Source: Thermoproteota archaeon (lineage in GTDB: Archaea > Thermoproteota > Nitrososphaeria > Nitrososphaerales > Nitrososphaeraceae). Taken from it: a DNA stretch of 55,794 nt. This document shows positions 39,105 through 48,123 of this stretch, piece by piece; the first letter of the stretch is position 1; the number at the start of each line of letters is the position of its first letter. The notes beneath the pieces were generated by a model that saw only the letters and a list, made by a program, of their open reading frames with translations, had not been told where the DNA came from and did no database searches. Location of the stretch: assembly GCA_040757615.1 (NCBI GenBank), contig JBFLWZ010000001.1:1-55794 (forward strand), in the 5' to 3' direction. The position numbers and the translations under genes were made by a program.

Positions 39105-40598
39105 TTACCTACCTCTACCCCTACTCTTTGTCCGTCTGGACGACGACGCCATCTTCTTCTTGCGTTTTCTAGGCTTTCTGTTGCTGTTTCCGGTCTTGTT
39201 AGTAAGGAGTTTGGTATAGTACAGATCGGCATCCTTGTCGTTCAGCCCCAGCGCCTGTCCAAACTTGTACAATACCGTGATTATCGTGTCTGCAGTCATT
39301 CTGGAATCTTCCAGCATGCCCACTATGTTGTATATCACTTGCTCATCTTCAGGTTTCAGTCCAAGCATCCTGCACTGCTCTACAAGAATGTTGATCCCTG
39401 CGGTGTGCTCGGTGCTCTTCAATATCTCCTCCACCATGGAGACCATGGACATCATCTTGCCCAGCGTCAGCTTTTTGCCGAGAACTTGACGCAAGTTCGC
39501 ACCGGTTGGGACATTGTCATGGGGACTGGCAAAGGAGCCTGTGTCACCTGGAGCAAGTTCGTTCGATACCTCGTTGCCAGCACCCGTCGCATCATCACTT
39601 GCCCAAGCCTGCGAATTGTCGCTTAACTTCTCAGGATGGCCATTCTCGACGCTTTTCACGTCCTTTGAAGCACTTGTTGCATGCTGGTCGTGGTTGCCGC
39701 TGACATCGCCGTTGTTATTGTTATTGTTGTTGTAAGCCACCTCTAATTGGGAAAGTGCCTGTGTCGGGTCTGACAGGTTTTTTAGATCTATTGCCTCGAA
39801 GTACTTTCTCATAAAATTCATCGGATTCACCATCTCCGCCTGAAAGGCCTTGATGTCTATGAGGGCATTTTCGATCAAGGAAGTAGTTTGCTGCATGCCG
39901 TCCTTGATGTTTTTTATTTCAGATTTCATCAGGGCCAATTCCTCCGACATCTGCTTCGTTTTTTGCTCTACGGTTTCCCTAACTACTCTGATGGCTGCCG
40001 ATGCCTGTTCCTCTTTTGACGAGGACATTCCGTCTTCTTCTGGCACAGAGCTGTCGCCTTCGTCCAAGTCATGCAAGCTGTCACTGAAATTTTCGCGGAT
40101 ATCCGCTCTGTCATCCGGATACGAGTCCTCTTGCCTGTGGCCAGCGTTCCTCATGCCGTTGTCCCGCGATTTTGCACTTGCGTCTTTCTCTCCCCCGGCT
40201 GCCGGATGGTGTTTTGGGGGGTCCAGCAACACCGTTGAGCTACCTCCAGAGAGTGCGACCATCGTTGTTCCACCGGCGGTAGCAGCAGCCACGTCCATCC
40301 TCCCGCCTGCCGTAGCACGGTCGGCTACCTTTGCGGCCCCCCTCTTGGTTGACCAATGTTTGAACATCAATTCAGGAACGATTACTCCGACTGACACCAG
40401 GGCAACGGCAGGGATCATAAGATGATAGAGTACGATGTCTATGATTCGATAGACAGAATAGTCCTGGTTGGATTGGAATACTATTAATCCATATGACGAA
40501 ATCGCGACGCATATGACGAAGATCCTGTATTTTAGTGCAATTTGATCCACAGATTTGAAAAAAATAGTGAGTGGTGTTATCAACTGACTTTTCACCAA
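39105..40598 (-). CDS. Archaellum accessory protein (ArlX position, ArlC/D/E-like segments)
   Basis: Two N-terminal TMs, disordered linkers, coiled coil ending EMVNPMNF, helical C-terminal domain; between flaB and flaG. Confidence 0.65.
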   Translation of the reverse strand: MVKSQLITPLTIFFKSVDQIALKYRIFVICVAISSYGLIVFQSNQDYSVYRIIDIVLYHLMIPAVALVSVGVIVPELMFKHWSTKRGAAKVADRATAGGRMDVAAATAGGTTMVALSGGSSTVLLDPPKHHPAAGGEKDASAKSRDNGMRNAGHRQEDSYPDDRADIRENFSDSLHDLDEGDSSVPEEDGMSSSKEEQASAAIRVVRETVEQKTKQMSEELALMKSEIKNIKDGMQQTTSLIENALIDIKAFQAEMVNPMNFMRKYFEAIDLKNLSDPTQALSQLEVAYNNNNNNNGDVSGNHDQHATSASKDVKSVENGHPEKLSDNSQAWASDDATGAGNEVSNELAPGDTGSFASPHDNVPTGANLRQVLGKKLTLGKMMSMVSMVEEILKSTEHTAGINILVEQCRMLGLKPEDEQVIYNIVGMLEDSRMTADTIITVLYKFGQALGLNDKDADLYYTKLLTNKTGNSNRKPRKRKKKMASSSRRTKSRGRGR

Positions 40599-40607
40599 TT
40601 GACAACC

Positions 40608-41303
40608 CTAGCTCATGTTGACGACGGTATCGGTTATCGATGGCACTTGTCTCGATACCGACAGTGGCGAGCCTGTTGGGACTATCAGCTCTGTCGTGAG
40701 TATGTCAAGCGCTGACGGTCTGTCGGTATCCTTGTACGCGATCACCAGCACTGCAGTTTCGCCAGAGTCAAGAATGTCGTTGTCGTTGCTGTTGGTGGAC
40801 CAGTAGATGAAAGCGCCCGAGTCTGTTGGAGCTGTGCTGTTGACAGGATTGCTGCTTATGTAGCCCCTGTCCACTGCTTCCTGGACTGCATCCTGCAGGT
40901 TGTTGACGGTGACATTGCTTATTGTTCCCTTGTAGATGTTGTCGTATGTCACGCTCTTGCTGAAGTACTTCACTGCTGCGGTATCATGTGCCAGGTTGAC
41001 CGATGCGCCACCGGATGCTACCTTGATTGGCACTGCCAGAACCTTGAGCGTCGCGTTGGCTACGTCACCGCTGCCAGTGACAACTCCTGCCACTTCCATT
41101 GCACTGCTTGCTTCCTGAAGTCCCGAAGTAATTGTCGTCTTTGCTTTCTGTGTCGTCGAGAAACCCATGTTGAGGACAACGAAGGATAGAGCCGCCGCCA
41201 CGATCACGAACGCGATCAAAACAATGGCAGACTCTACACCGATGATTCCTCGCCGATGCACGAGTTTCTTGTTGTTGTTGCTTCTTACTTTGTTGGATAT
41301 CAT
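40608..41303 (-). CDS. flaB: Archaellin ArlB/FlaB
   Basis: Class III signal RRG|IIGVESAIVLIAFVIVAA with +5 Glu; start at MISNK is a judgement call. Confidence 0.93.
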   Translation of the reverse strand: MISNKVRSNNNKKLVHRRGIIGVESAIVLIAFVIVAAALSFVVLNMGFSTTQKAKTTITSGLQEASSAMEVAGVVTGSGDVANATLKVLAVPIKVASGGASVNLAHDTAAVKYFSKSVTYDNIYKGTISNVTVNNLQDAVQEAVDRGYISSNPVNSTAPTDSGAFIYWSTNSNDNDILDSGETAVLVIAYKDTDRPSALDILTTELIVPTGSPLSVSRQVPSITDTVVNMS

Positions 41304-41414
41304 GTCGATATCTCCCAAACATGATAATGGGCGTCTCTTAACCAAATTTGAGTCTCCAGTACAACAACAATTGGAGTCGTCGTCGGTAATGACAATAGCA
41401 CATAATTTTCATTT

Positions 41415-41493
41415 TTGATTAATCTGATGCATGTGTCGACATTTTCCTTTCTTGCTGGGAATAGTGCGTTGGCGCTATTCTTGATTAATCTGA
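41415..41493. promoter_or_regulatory. Two identical 13-bp boxes TTGATTAATCTGA between divergent flaB and TrmB-like genes
   Basis: Exact copies at 41415-41427 and 41481-41493; palindromic core GATTAATC. Confidence 0.62.
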
Positions 41494-41558
41494 ATGGCCT
41501 ATTGTAGCTCCCCTGACAAGCTCATCCTAAAGAAACAAACCATCCGAGCATTACGCAT

Positions 41559-42443
41559 ATGTATTACGAAGAAGAACAGATTCCAAGATTCGAGTTTCCT
41601 GCCAGCTTGCAGCATCTGGTAGACATGCTGCAAGACCTTGGACTTAACAACCACGAGGCAAGGATTCTATTGTACTTGATGATCCACAAGTGCCGCATCG
41701 CAAACACGATATCCCAGGACTTGGGAATCAACAGGACGGAAACTTACAAGTATGTTTCTAACCTGATGAAGAAGGGCCTAGTCTTTGCAACCACGGACAG
41801 GCCCCAGAAATATTACGCGCTGCCGCTGGAAGAGGCAACAGGCTGCCTCGTAGAAAGCAGGAGGAACGCTCTCAACTACATACTGTCTAAACAAAGGGAG
41901 TATTGTGACATTTTGGATGACCTTGCAGAAAATCTCCCGAATAATAGATCCGTCGATAACCCCGAAGCCTTCCAGTTGATAGTTGGGTCCAATGCAATAT
42001 TTCCAAGAGTCAAAGAGATGCTTGCCAGATCCGAACAGGAAGTGAAGCTGCTCGCTGCCGACCAGACTTTTCTTTCACTTTATGATGAAGGAATAATTGA
42101 ATACCTTGTTTCATTAACAAGGAAGGGAGCAAAGGTTCGAGTCAAGACCTCCTCAAGAAAAATACTAGAATACATCATGCAGGACGACAGTACAGACCAG
42201 CAGCAGAACGAAAAGATCAGTCGCGCTATAGCGCTGGGGACAGCTGAAGGAATATCTCAGTTGAATTTCATAATAGTTGATAGCAGAGAGATAATATTGC
42301 TCTTTGGCAACAAGAAGGCGATGCGGGCATTTTACTCGAACATCGCGACCCTCGTGTCATCATTTAATGAGATTTTTGATAATGCCAAGCATACTGGTTC
42401 CACCGGCCCGTCTCCTTCTGAAACCAGTTGCCAAACCCAATAG
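41559..42443 (+). CDS. TrmB-family transcriptional regulator
   Basis: LGLNNHEARI..INRTETY..LMKKGLV..PQKYYA; C-terminal FIIVDSREI. Confidence 0.88.
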   Translation: MYYEEEQIPRFEFPASLQHLVDMLQDLGLNNHEARILLYLMIHKCRIANTISQDLGINRTETYKYVSNLMKKGLVFATTDRPQKYYALPLEEATGCLVESRRNALNYILSKQREYCDILDDLAENLPNNRSVDNPEAFQLIVGSNAIFPRVKEMLARSEQEVKLLAADQTFLSLYDEGIIEYLVSLTRKGAKVRVKTSSRKILEYIMQDDSTDQQQNEKISRAIALGTAEGISQLNFIIVDSREIILLFGNKKAMRAFYSNIATLVSSFNEIFDNAKHTGSTGPSPSETSCQTQ

Positions 42444-42654
42444 GCACACACACATTCATGGGCGGCTGCAGACGACCCCCTCCCATTTTCTTCTTTCTGA
42501 TGAGCCAATATGCTTCAGATATCTAATGTTATTCATCATGCATAATCTACTCCATTTGTGCTCGGCTCTTACATCCGATGCCTGTTTCATAATCTGATTC
42601 GCCATTGTTATAAGCCCAGATTGCGATGTTAGCAAAAGGTGCAACCGTCGCCTG

Positions 42655-42945
42655 ATGCAAAATCGATCGGAGGACTGGACCACAAACTTTGATCACATCC
42701 CCATGCCGGGCACAGAAATAAAGCGAGTCCTGCAGACAGCTTTGAACCTTGTCATGCCAATCACAAAACAGCAGGTATTCGACGACATGGAGAGAGCGGG
42801 AATAATGCTAGACGATGAGAGTGCATATTATTCCCTGTCCCAAATTCGCGATTATCTTCATTTGGCTTTTGGGAGCAACGCTGCTGAAGCGCTTGCAGAT
42901 GTGCTAAGAAATACGCTAAGGCGTATGCATCATTTTGAAAGATAG
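42655..42945 (+). CDS. Small helical protein, DUF3227/NitrOD-like (tentative)
   Basis: GI..D..YYSLSQI..YL..FG..AA pattern; similar to the next ORF. Confidence 0.55.
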   Translation: MQNRSEDWTTNFDHIPMPGTEIKRVLQTALNLVMPITKQQVFDDMERAGIMLDDESAYYSLSQIRDYLHLAFGSNAAEALADVLRNTLRRMHHFER

Positions 42946-43019
42946 CGTGGAAGCCATGCGGACCTATCTCACTGGTTGAATCAGGTGTCACGATAGTATG
43001 CATCGCCAAATCGATTACC

Positions 43020-43331
43020 ATGGGGAGGAAAAGCGATGGAACTCTGTTGCAATATTCAATTTCAATTCTGGAGCGGATAACAATAATAATAAATAATCCT
43101 ATTTCGATCAAACTGATCAAGGAAGCACTCGACAAGACCATTGATGATCTTGGGCCCAGCATCAAGCAATGGATCTATGAAGATCTGATGTCCGCAGGCA
43201 TGATATTCGACCCGTGCAAGTCATATTCTATCAATGAACTACATGCATACCTCGAACAGATGGGAGGGAAAGATACAGCTGATTTAATAGTTGAAAGAAT
43301 GCTTAGGCTATTAGGCCCGCGGTTGAAATAG
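43020..43331 (+). CDS. Small helical protein, paralog of preceding ORF
   Basis: LGPSIK..GMIFD..YSINELHAYL..GG..A; start uncertain. Confidence 0.55.
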   Translation: MGRKSDGTLLQYSISILERITIIINNPISIKLIKEALDKTIDDLGPSIKQWIYEDLMSAGMIFDPCKSYSINELHAYLEQMGGKDTADLIVERMLRLLGPRLK

Positions 43332-43876
43332 CGGGATCCGAAGAATTTGCAGTGTGCGATCTTTTACACCAACAAACTTTATGCCATCCTTTTTTTTGCA
43401 GCGGTTTCGCGAGATAGACATATTATTCTTGTAAATTGGCGAGACACAAAAGGTATTGCACTGTTGACTCTGCTGGTTTTGCCGTTGGAGTCGGCGCGTT
43501 AACTTCGGGTGCTGGCTTGCTTGCTGTGCGGGTGTTAACTTAGGCTGGTGCTATTGAATAAATCGATTCCTGGACGTTAGAATAATGGCAGATACTGCCA
43601 CAACTCTATTTCTAGAGTTCTCGCGTCTTGGGATCGTATCAGACAGACGCTAGGTTACTTGAAACAAGAGGAGTACGGTTCATACATCGACATTAGCAGT
43701 GCTATTCTTCAAGTTATCGCTCCTCGCTCACTTCTCGACAAAATCGGCCGCGAATCGACAGAGAGGTTAGAACCCTGACATAGCCCGACTGCTCGACAGA
43801 ACTCTTCTGGAAAATTCTTATAAGAAACTTTTTATCGAAGTCTCAACTGGAAAATTATTCGATCAAGTGATCTATT

Positions 43877-45421
43877 GTGGCGAAGACTGTCAATATTTCC
43901 TCTAAATGGCTAGACTCAATAACCATTTCGGATGGTAATATCCAGAGGCTCTATGAAGCGGCCCAACCGGGCCCCATGTTTGAAGCCGAGCTTAGCTCTA
44001 TCGTAGGCAGGGGCAAGCTTCGGATCACCTATAACTGGCTATACTCTGCGCTCAATTGCGACCCCAATGACAATAGCTCGTTTACATGGGTGTTCATCAA
44101 GAGGGACGACGGCAAAATAGTAATCTCTCCAAAGAACGGTTACTTGGGCAAGACTCTCTATGCAAGCGTTCGCGACGATTGGGGCTGGTACGTTCAGGTG
44201 CAGGCACCAAATTCCGCCGACTGGATAACCGCTGTGGGCCGCGACGAAATACTAGAAATCGCCGGCACGGGCATACTCTCGATAGCTCTGAAGGGATTTA
44301 ATGGCAGATTTATTGCGGTCAACCAGACGGCTGACAATCACGGAGGCCATGCTGGCTACAGGTTGAGGAGCGTTGACAACATGCTTGTTGACGATTGTGG
44401 ATTTGTGGCAAGCAACGTAAATGTCTTGCAACCTGGCATCACTTTTCTTGAAGGTTACACTGTAAAAGAAGACGACATTAGTGCTGTGTTGGACGCTTAC
44501 GGTTTGACTCTGACAAACGACGAGATCACAGAGTTGAAAAATCGCTTCCCTCAGATAACGCCACAGCTGCTGGCCAAGCCTCCGCAAATGGTTCGAACTC
44601 CTGCAAAAGATGGAATTCCGGGTGCAGTAGTCGGAGGAGTGACTGGCGGAATCATAGGAGGAGTCATAGGGTTCATGATTGGTGGCCCGTTGGGAGCTGT
44701 GGCCGGAGTAGGAATTGGTATGGCGGCAGGCGCCAACATAGGAATGGGCCTTGAGATACATCAACCACACGAGGACCCAACAAACGTGGTCAATCCGGGT
44801 ATCCCGGATATCGCGCGCACGCAAGTAAACATAACGCCCGCAGGAGGTCCATACAGCAACAGCCACCTTTGGGAAGACCTTTTCCGCTTCACAAAGTTTC
44901 CACAGATTGGAGATCCCAGCTTGCCATACGCCGGATGCCTGTACCCACCTGCCTCCAATGGATCCGGCCAAGTGTGGCTCCCAACCAATAGTTCCGTGAA
45001 CCCCTTGATCTATGATGCTGCAAAGTGGGGGTCGCTGCCATCTCCAGCGGGAGCCGTGTACATGTCAATCTATGTGATAGTCGAGATTCAGAATGGAAAA
45101 TATCAGCTTCGTCTGCATCCGGATCATCCTTTGCTCAACGGCCCGGACAGGCCTAATCACAGCCAGCTTACCCAAGGGTCGCGCATCCTGGCGCTCATAG
45201 GATACGATACCATGGACGTGTATGCTGCTGGCGAGTTGTATTACACGCAGGATCGCATGCTAAAGGGCATAAACGCAAAGACAGGGCATTACTTCAACTG
45301 GACCCCGACGTTCGACTCGGAAGTATTTGACACGACCAAGAGGATGCTTCAGGCGCTCGGATACAATGCCAGCAGCGTGCTCACCGGAGATGACTTTTGG
45401 AATTGGATGAGGGGATACTGA
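43877..45421 (+). CDS. Candidate modular toxin: fascin-like beta-trefoil + glycine zipper + HS..AAGE..TGHY domain
   Basis: IALKGFNGRFIAV and AVGRDEIL fascin-like repeats; GxxxG run GAVVGGVTGGIIGGVIG..GMG; C-terminal NHSQL..VYAAGEL..INAKTGHY. Confidence 0.62.
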   Translation: MAKTVNISSKWLDSITISDGNIQRLYEAAQPGPMFEAELSSIVGRGKLRITYNWLYSALNCDPNDNSSFTWVFIKRDDGKIVISPKNGYLGKTLYASVRDDWGWYVQVQAPNSADWITAVGRDEILEIAGTGILSIALKGFNGRFIAVNQTADNHGGHAGYRLRSVDNMLVDDCGFVASNVNVLQPGITFLEGYTVKEDDISAVLDAYGLTLTNDEITELKNRFPQITPQLLAKPPQMVRTPAKDGIPGAVVGGVTGGIIGGVIGFMIGGPLGAVAGVGIGMAAGANIGMGLEIHQPHEDPTNVVNPGIPDIARTQVNITPAGGPYSNSHLWEDLFRFTKFPQIGDPSLPYAGCLYPPASNGSGQVWLPTNSSVNPLIYDAAKWGSLPSPAGAVYMSIYVIVEIQNGKYQLRLHPDHPLLNGPDRPNHSQLTQGSRILALIGYDTMDVYAAGELYYTQDRMLKGINAKTGHYFNWTPTFDSEVFDTTKRMLQALGYNASSVLTGDDFWNWMRGY

Positions 45422-45662
45422 CAAATCGTGTACAACATGCTATGCTTCATTGTATGCTCTTGAAGTAAAGTATGGGGACTAGAGGACTGTCAGATCCTTT
45501 GTTGCAGACACAGACAGATGACATGGATGTAACAACAACGGAAGACGCAAAGCAGCTCCTTACAGAAGGAAGATTGGGAAGGGACTTTTGTAGCTGTCCC
45601 GATGACTTCCGCTAGATACAGTCTTTATAACAACGCCGTTTTTTATAGTTGTGATAATGTCT

Positions 45663-45737
45663 AGTTCCGGTAACTTTACGGGAGATAATCCAGATTTTAC
45701 GAAGGGATTTGGTCGGATCTCCCAAGTTACCAGTACC
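45663..45737 (-). mobile_element. MITE-like unit B, copy 1 (75 bp)
   Basis: 45664-45723 is the exact reverse complement of 46586-46645; termini AGTTCCGGTAACTT / GGTACTGGTAACTT. Confidence 0.82.
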
Positions 45738-46008
45738 AAAAAATTGACGCTGTTAAGTTGGCTGCGGATTTTCAGATTTCCTGACGGACGTTAACTTACG
45801 GGTGATGAAAAATGAAGAAGAGAGAAAAGAACCCGACTGGCTTTCCAGCCGTCTATGGCACAGTTGCATCACCACAATGATGCATGGAGTGTCCTCGCAC
45901 CATTCCATGATGCCAACTTAGATTGGCGCGGTTCTCACGCCGTCAGTTATTAGCCGACAAGCGCGGGCCTCTAGAAAGCCCTACTCTCTCGTCATAATGT
46001 GGCACGTA

Positions 46009-46188
46009 CTATGCCTTTAACTTTCTAACTGGCGCTGCCGCGAACCTGATCTTGTATATCCCATTTGAATCTGAGATGACACTACCCTTTACAACCAGAC
46101 CGTATTTCTTTGCCACTTCTACAATAGCATTGCAGGCTTGGTATTCAAAATCACACATCGGACAGCAATCTTTAGTCTTGTTGCTCAT
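46009..46188 (-). CDS. 59-aa hypothetical microprotein between the inverted MITEs
   Basis: MSNKTKDCCPMCDFEYQAC..KLKA*; CTTATAG box about 25 nt upstream. Confidence 0.55.
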   Translation of the reverse strand: MSNKTKDCCPMCDFEYQACNAIVEVAKKYGLVVKGSVISDSNGIYKIRFAAAPVRKLKA

Positions 46189-46568
46189 GCGCTAGAACTG
46201 TTGGAGAGAGACTATAAGCACACAGGATGAATCTGCCGTCTTTCTAGCCAATGTTTATACGAAAGCATGAGAATATCCTGCCGCTCTTAAGGCAGGTGCA
46301 ATCGGAGGCTCTGTCACCGGTTGTATGTATGGATTGGGGTTGGCAGAAAAGCGGCGGTAATTCGCCGCTCCCTAATCCTATTTTGCAAATTCATCTTTTG
46401 CAATGTTTTCTATCTTTCTAATTTGTTCGTCGGTAAAACCAGCGTCACGCAGTCGCCATTTCATGCTCTTTATCCTCTCATTTACGAACATGTTCAACCG
46501 TAGTTTGAAATCTATTGCAGGAGGAATAAAATCATCTGGCATGGAATTATGAAACACAGAGTGGTTCT

Positions 46569-46646
46569 GGTACTGATAACTTAGAGGGAGATCCGACCAA
46601 ATCCCTTCGTAAAATCTGGATTATCTCCCGTAAAGTTACCGGAACC
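46569..46646 (+). mobile_element. MITE-like unit B, copy 2 (78 bp) with 8-bp TSD
   Basis: Termini GGTACTGATAACTT / GGTTCCGGTAACTT; GTGGTTCT at both 46561-46568 and 46647-46654. Confidence 0.88.
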
Positions 46647-46780
46647 GTGGTTCTGACACTGGTAACTCTTAGGCGCATTTTCTGTTTGTTGTCTGACTGT
46701 TAACTTCGGTGGATGGCGTGTTAACTTAGGGGGATAGAATGAAGAATGTTTACATATTTAAAACAAGAAATTAAAGTAAC

Positions 46781-47131
46781 ATGTCTATGGATATACTTGC
46801 TGAAACGAAGAAGCTCATACTAAAGAAAAGGGATGAAGGCAGATTTTTGTCCGATCCCGAGCTATTAAGGCTGGGATTCAAGAAAAGAGAACTAACGACA
46901 GAGGAAAAAAGTCTTTACAATGTGCATCAGTTTGATTCTTCAACCTGTTATTTTGCCAAAGATGACACATACGATATTACAGTACTTGAAAGATCATGGG
47001 ATCGGTCAAAGTCTTTTCAGCTGAGAGGAGATCGCATCGAGATAACATTGATTGCAAAGAATGTAAAATCGGGTGAAGTCATTCAGGAAAAATTTGATTG
47101 GAATGAAAAATCCATTTTCGGCGGAGATTAG
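46781..47131 (+). CDS. Hypothetical protein (AT-rich)
   Basis: 116-aa ORF preceded by ATTTAAAA; no recognised motif. Confidence 0.6.
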   Translation: MSMDILAETKKLILKKRDEGRFLSDPELLRLGFKKRELTTEEKSLYNVHQFDSSTCYFAKDDTYDITVLERSWDRSKSFQLRGDRIEITLIAKNVKSGEVIQEKFDWNEKSIFGGD

Positions 47132-47376
47132 CTCATTCGTATCCAGCAGCTATCTTTTCCGTTTGATAGCCAGCTAAACTCGTTCACTCTCAATATGTCG
47201 TTTATTTCTCTCCATTCTTCTCTCTCGATCCAGCTTTTTTGCTTGAACCTGATGCAGTCCTTTTCGTTGATGACGGTCAGCTTTTCAAATCGCTTGCCTA
47301 GCTGGTTAATGACGTACATCTCTGGATTCCTTTCCTTCGCTGTTTCCGTTGCAGCCTTTACTATCAAGTCTTTCAT
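47128..47376 (-). CDS. Hypothetical protein
   Basis: 82-aa Trp-rich ORF converging on the previous gene. Confidence 0.55.
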   Translation of the reverse strand: MKDLIVKAATETAKERNPEMYVINQLGKRFEKLTVINEKDCIRFKQKSWIEREEWREINDILRVNEFSWLSNGKDSCWIRMS

Positions 47377-47429
47377 TGGATTCTGTTTGTCAAGCTTCAG
47401 GTCAATGTCCGCCGCTTACCATAGAAAGG

Positions 47430-47526
47430 CCATTTTCGCCCAGAATGAAGCGCCTGCTGCATCCCACACACTTGTGTATTTCTGGAGCTTGACATTGCCC
47501 TTGACTATTCTAAAGGCATTCTTTAC
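47430..47526 (-). pseudogene. Transposase zinc-ribbon remnant (IS1/IS6-like N-terminus)
   Basis: VKNAFRIVKGNVKLQKY then frameshift to KCVGCSRRFI, resembling VKNG.R..QRYKC..C.RRF. Confidence 0.5.
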
Positions 47527-47605
47527 GACGCGGGTAACTTGTCTGGAGATACGTATAATTTTGCGAAGGAAATTCGCCCTGATCTCCCTTTAAGTTATCA
47601 GAACT
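47527..47605 (-). mobile_element. MITE-like unit B, diverged copy 3
   Basis: Minus strand CTGATAACTTAAAGGGAGATC..CCTTCGCAAAAT..TATCTCC..AAGTTACC aligns along its length with 46569-46646. Confidence 0.75.
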
Positions 47606-47700
47606 CTTCCCAAGATTGTTTCTGTACGATGGCGGATCTTGTGTGCTTCTTGGCAGATGTAGCTTTTGGCGCGTCTGGCGCAGGACAAAGCTAATAATTT

Positions 47701-47850
47701 TTACATACCGCCCAAGGCTGTTTCAAAGGGCAAGCTTGCAAATTCGCGGTGCCCGAATAGTTGGGCATGATCATCTGTGTCTGTCATGAAAATGAAGACA
47801 GCCTTGCATTGCTCGCAGACGTAGAGAGTATCTATCTTTTTCTCTAGCAT
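47701..47850 (-). CDS. 49-aa C2H2 zinc-finger microprotein
   Basis: YVCEQCKAVF..DDHAQLFGH. Confidence 0.7.
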   Translation of the reverse strand: MLEKKIDTLYVCEQCKAVFIFMTDTDDHAQLFGHREFASLPFETALGGM

Positions 47851-48123
47851 TTGACCGGCCGTTCTCAAGCATATACAAAAGGTACGCGAAGATAATTTAC
47901 AGTATTTATCTATAGAATAATGTGGTCTAAATATGTTCTAGTCTATTCAGGCTGCTCTGCGCCGAGTAATTCTGTCGCTCATCAGGGACCGGGGTCAGCG
48001 ACATGAGCCCGACGGGGCCCTCCATTAGTTCACTGTATTATCTTTTCAAGTCGACCAGTTGCTGTCAGATCATGTCTTGGAGCTCGGATGCAAATGCCCT
48101 CAATAATATCATTTCACGTTGAT

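Noticed and set aside
39711-39731. (AAC/AAT)n run as a phase-variation tract
   Set aside because: In-frame mixed-codon Asn run in a disordered linker; slippage would not shift the frame.
45430-45630. Possible immunity gene right after the candidate toxin
   Set aside because: Only fragments under 50 aa in shifting frames; cannot be supported as a gene.
11570-47605. Reading the 75-80-bp palindromic units as integron attC sites or CRISPR repeats
   Set aside because: No integrase or cas gene in the window, mixed orientations, no regular spacers, and one copy has an 8-bp TSD typical of DDE transposition.
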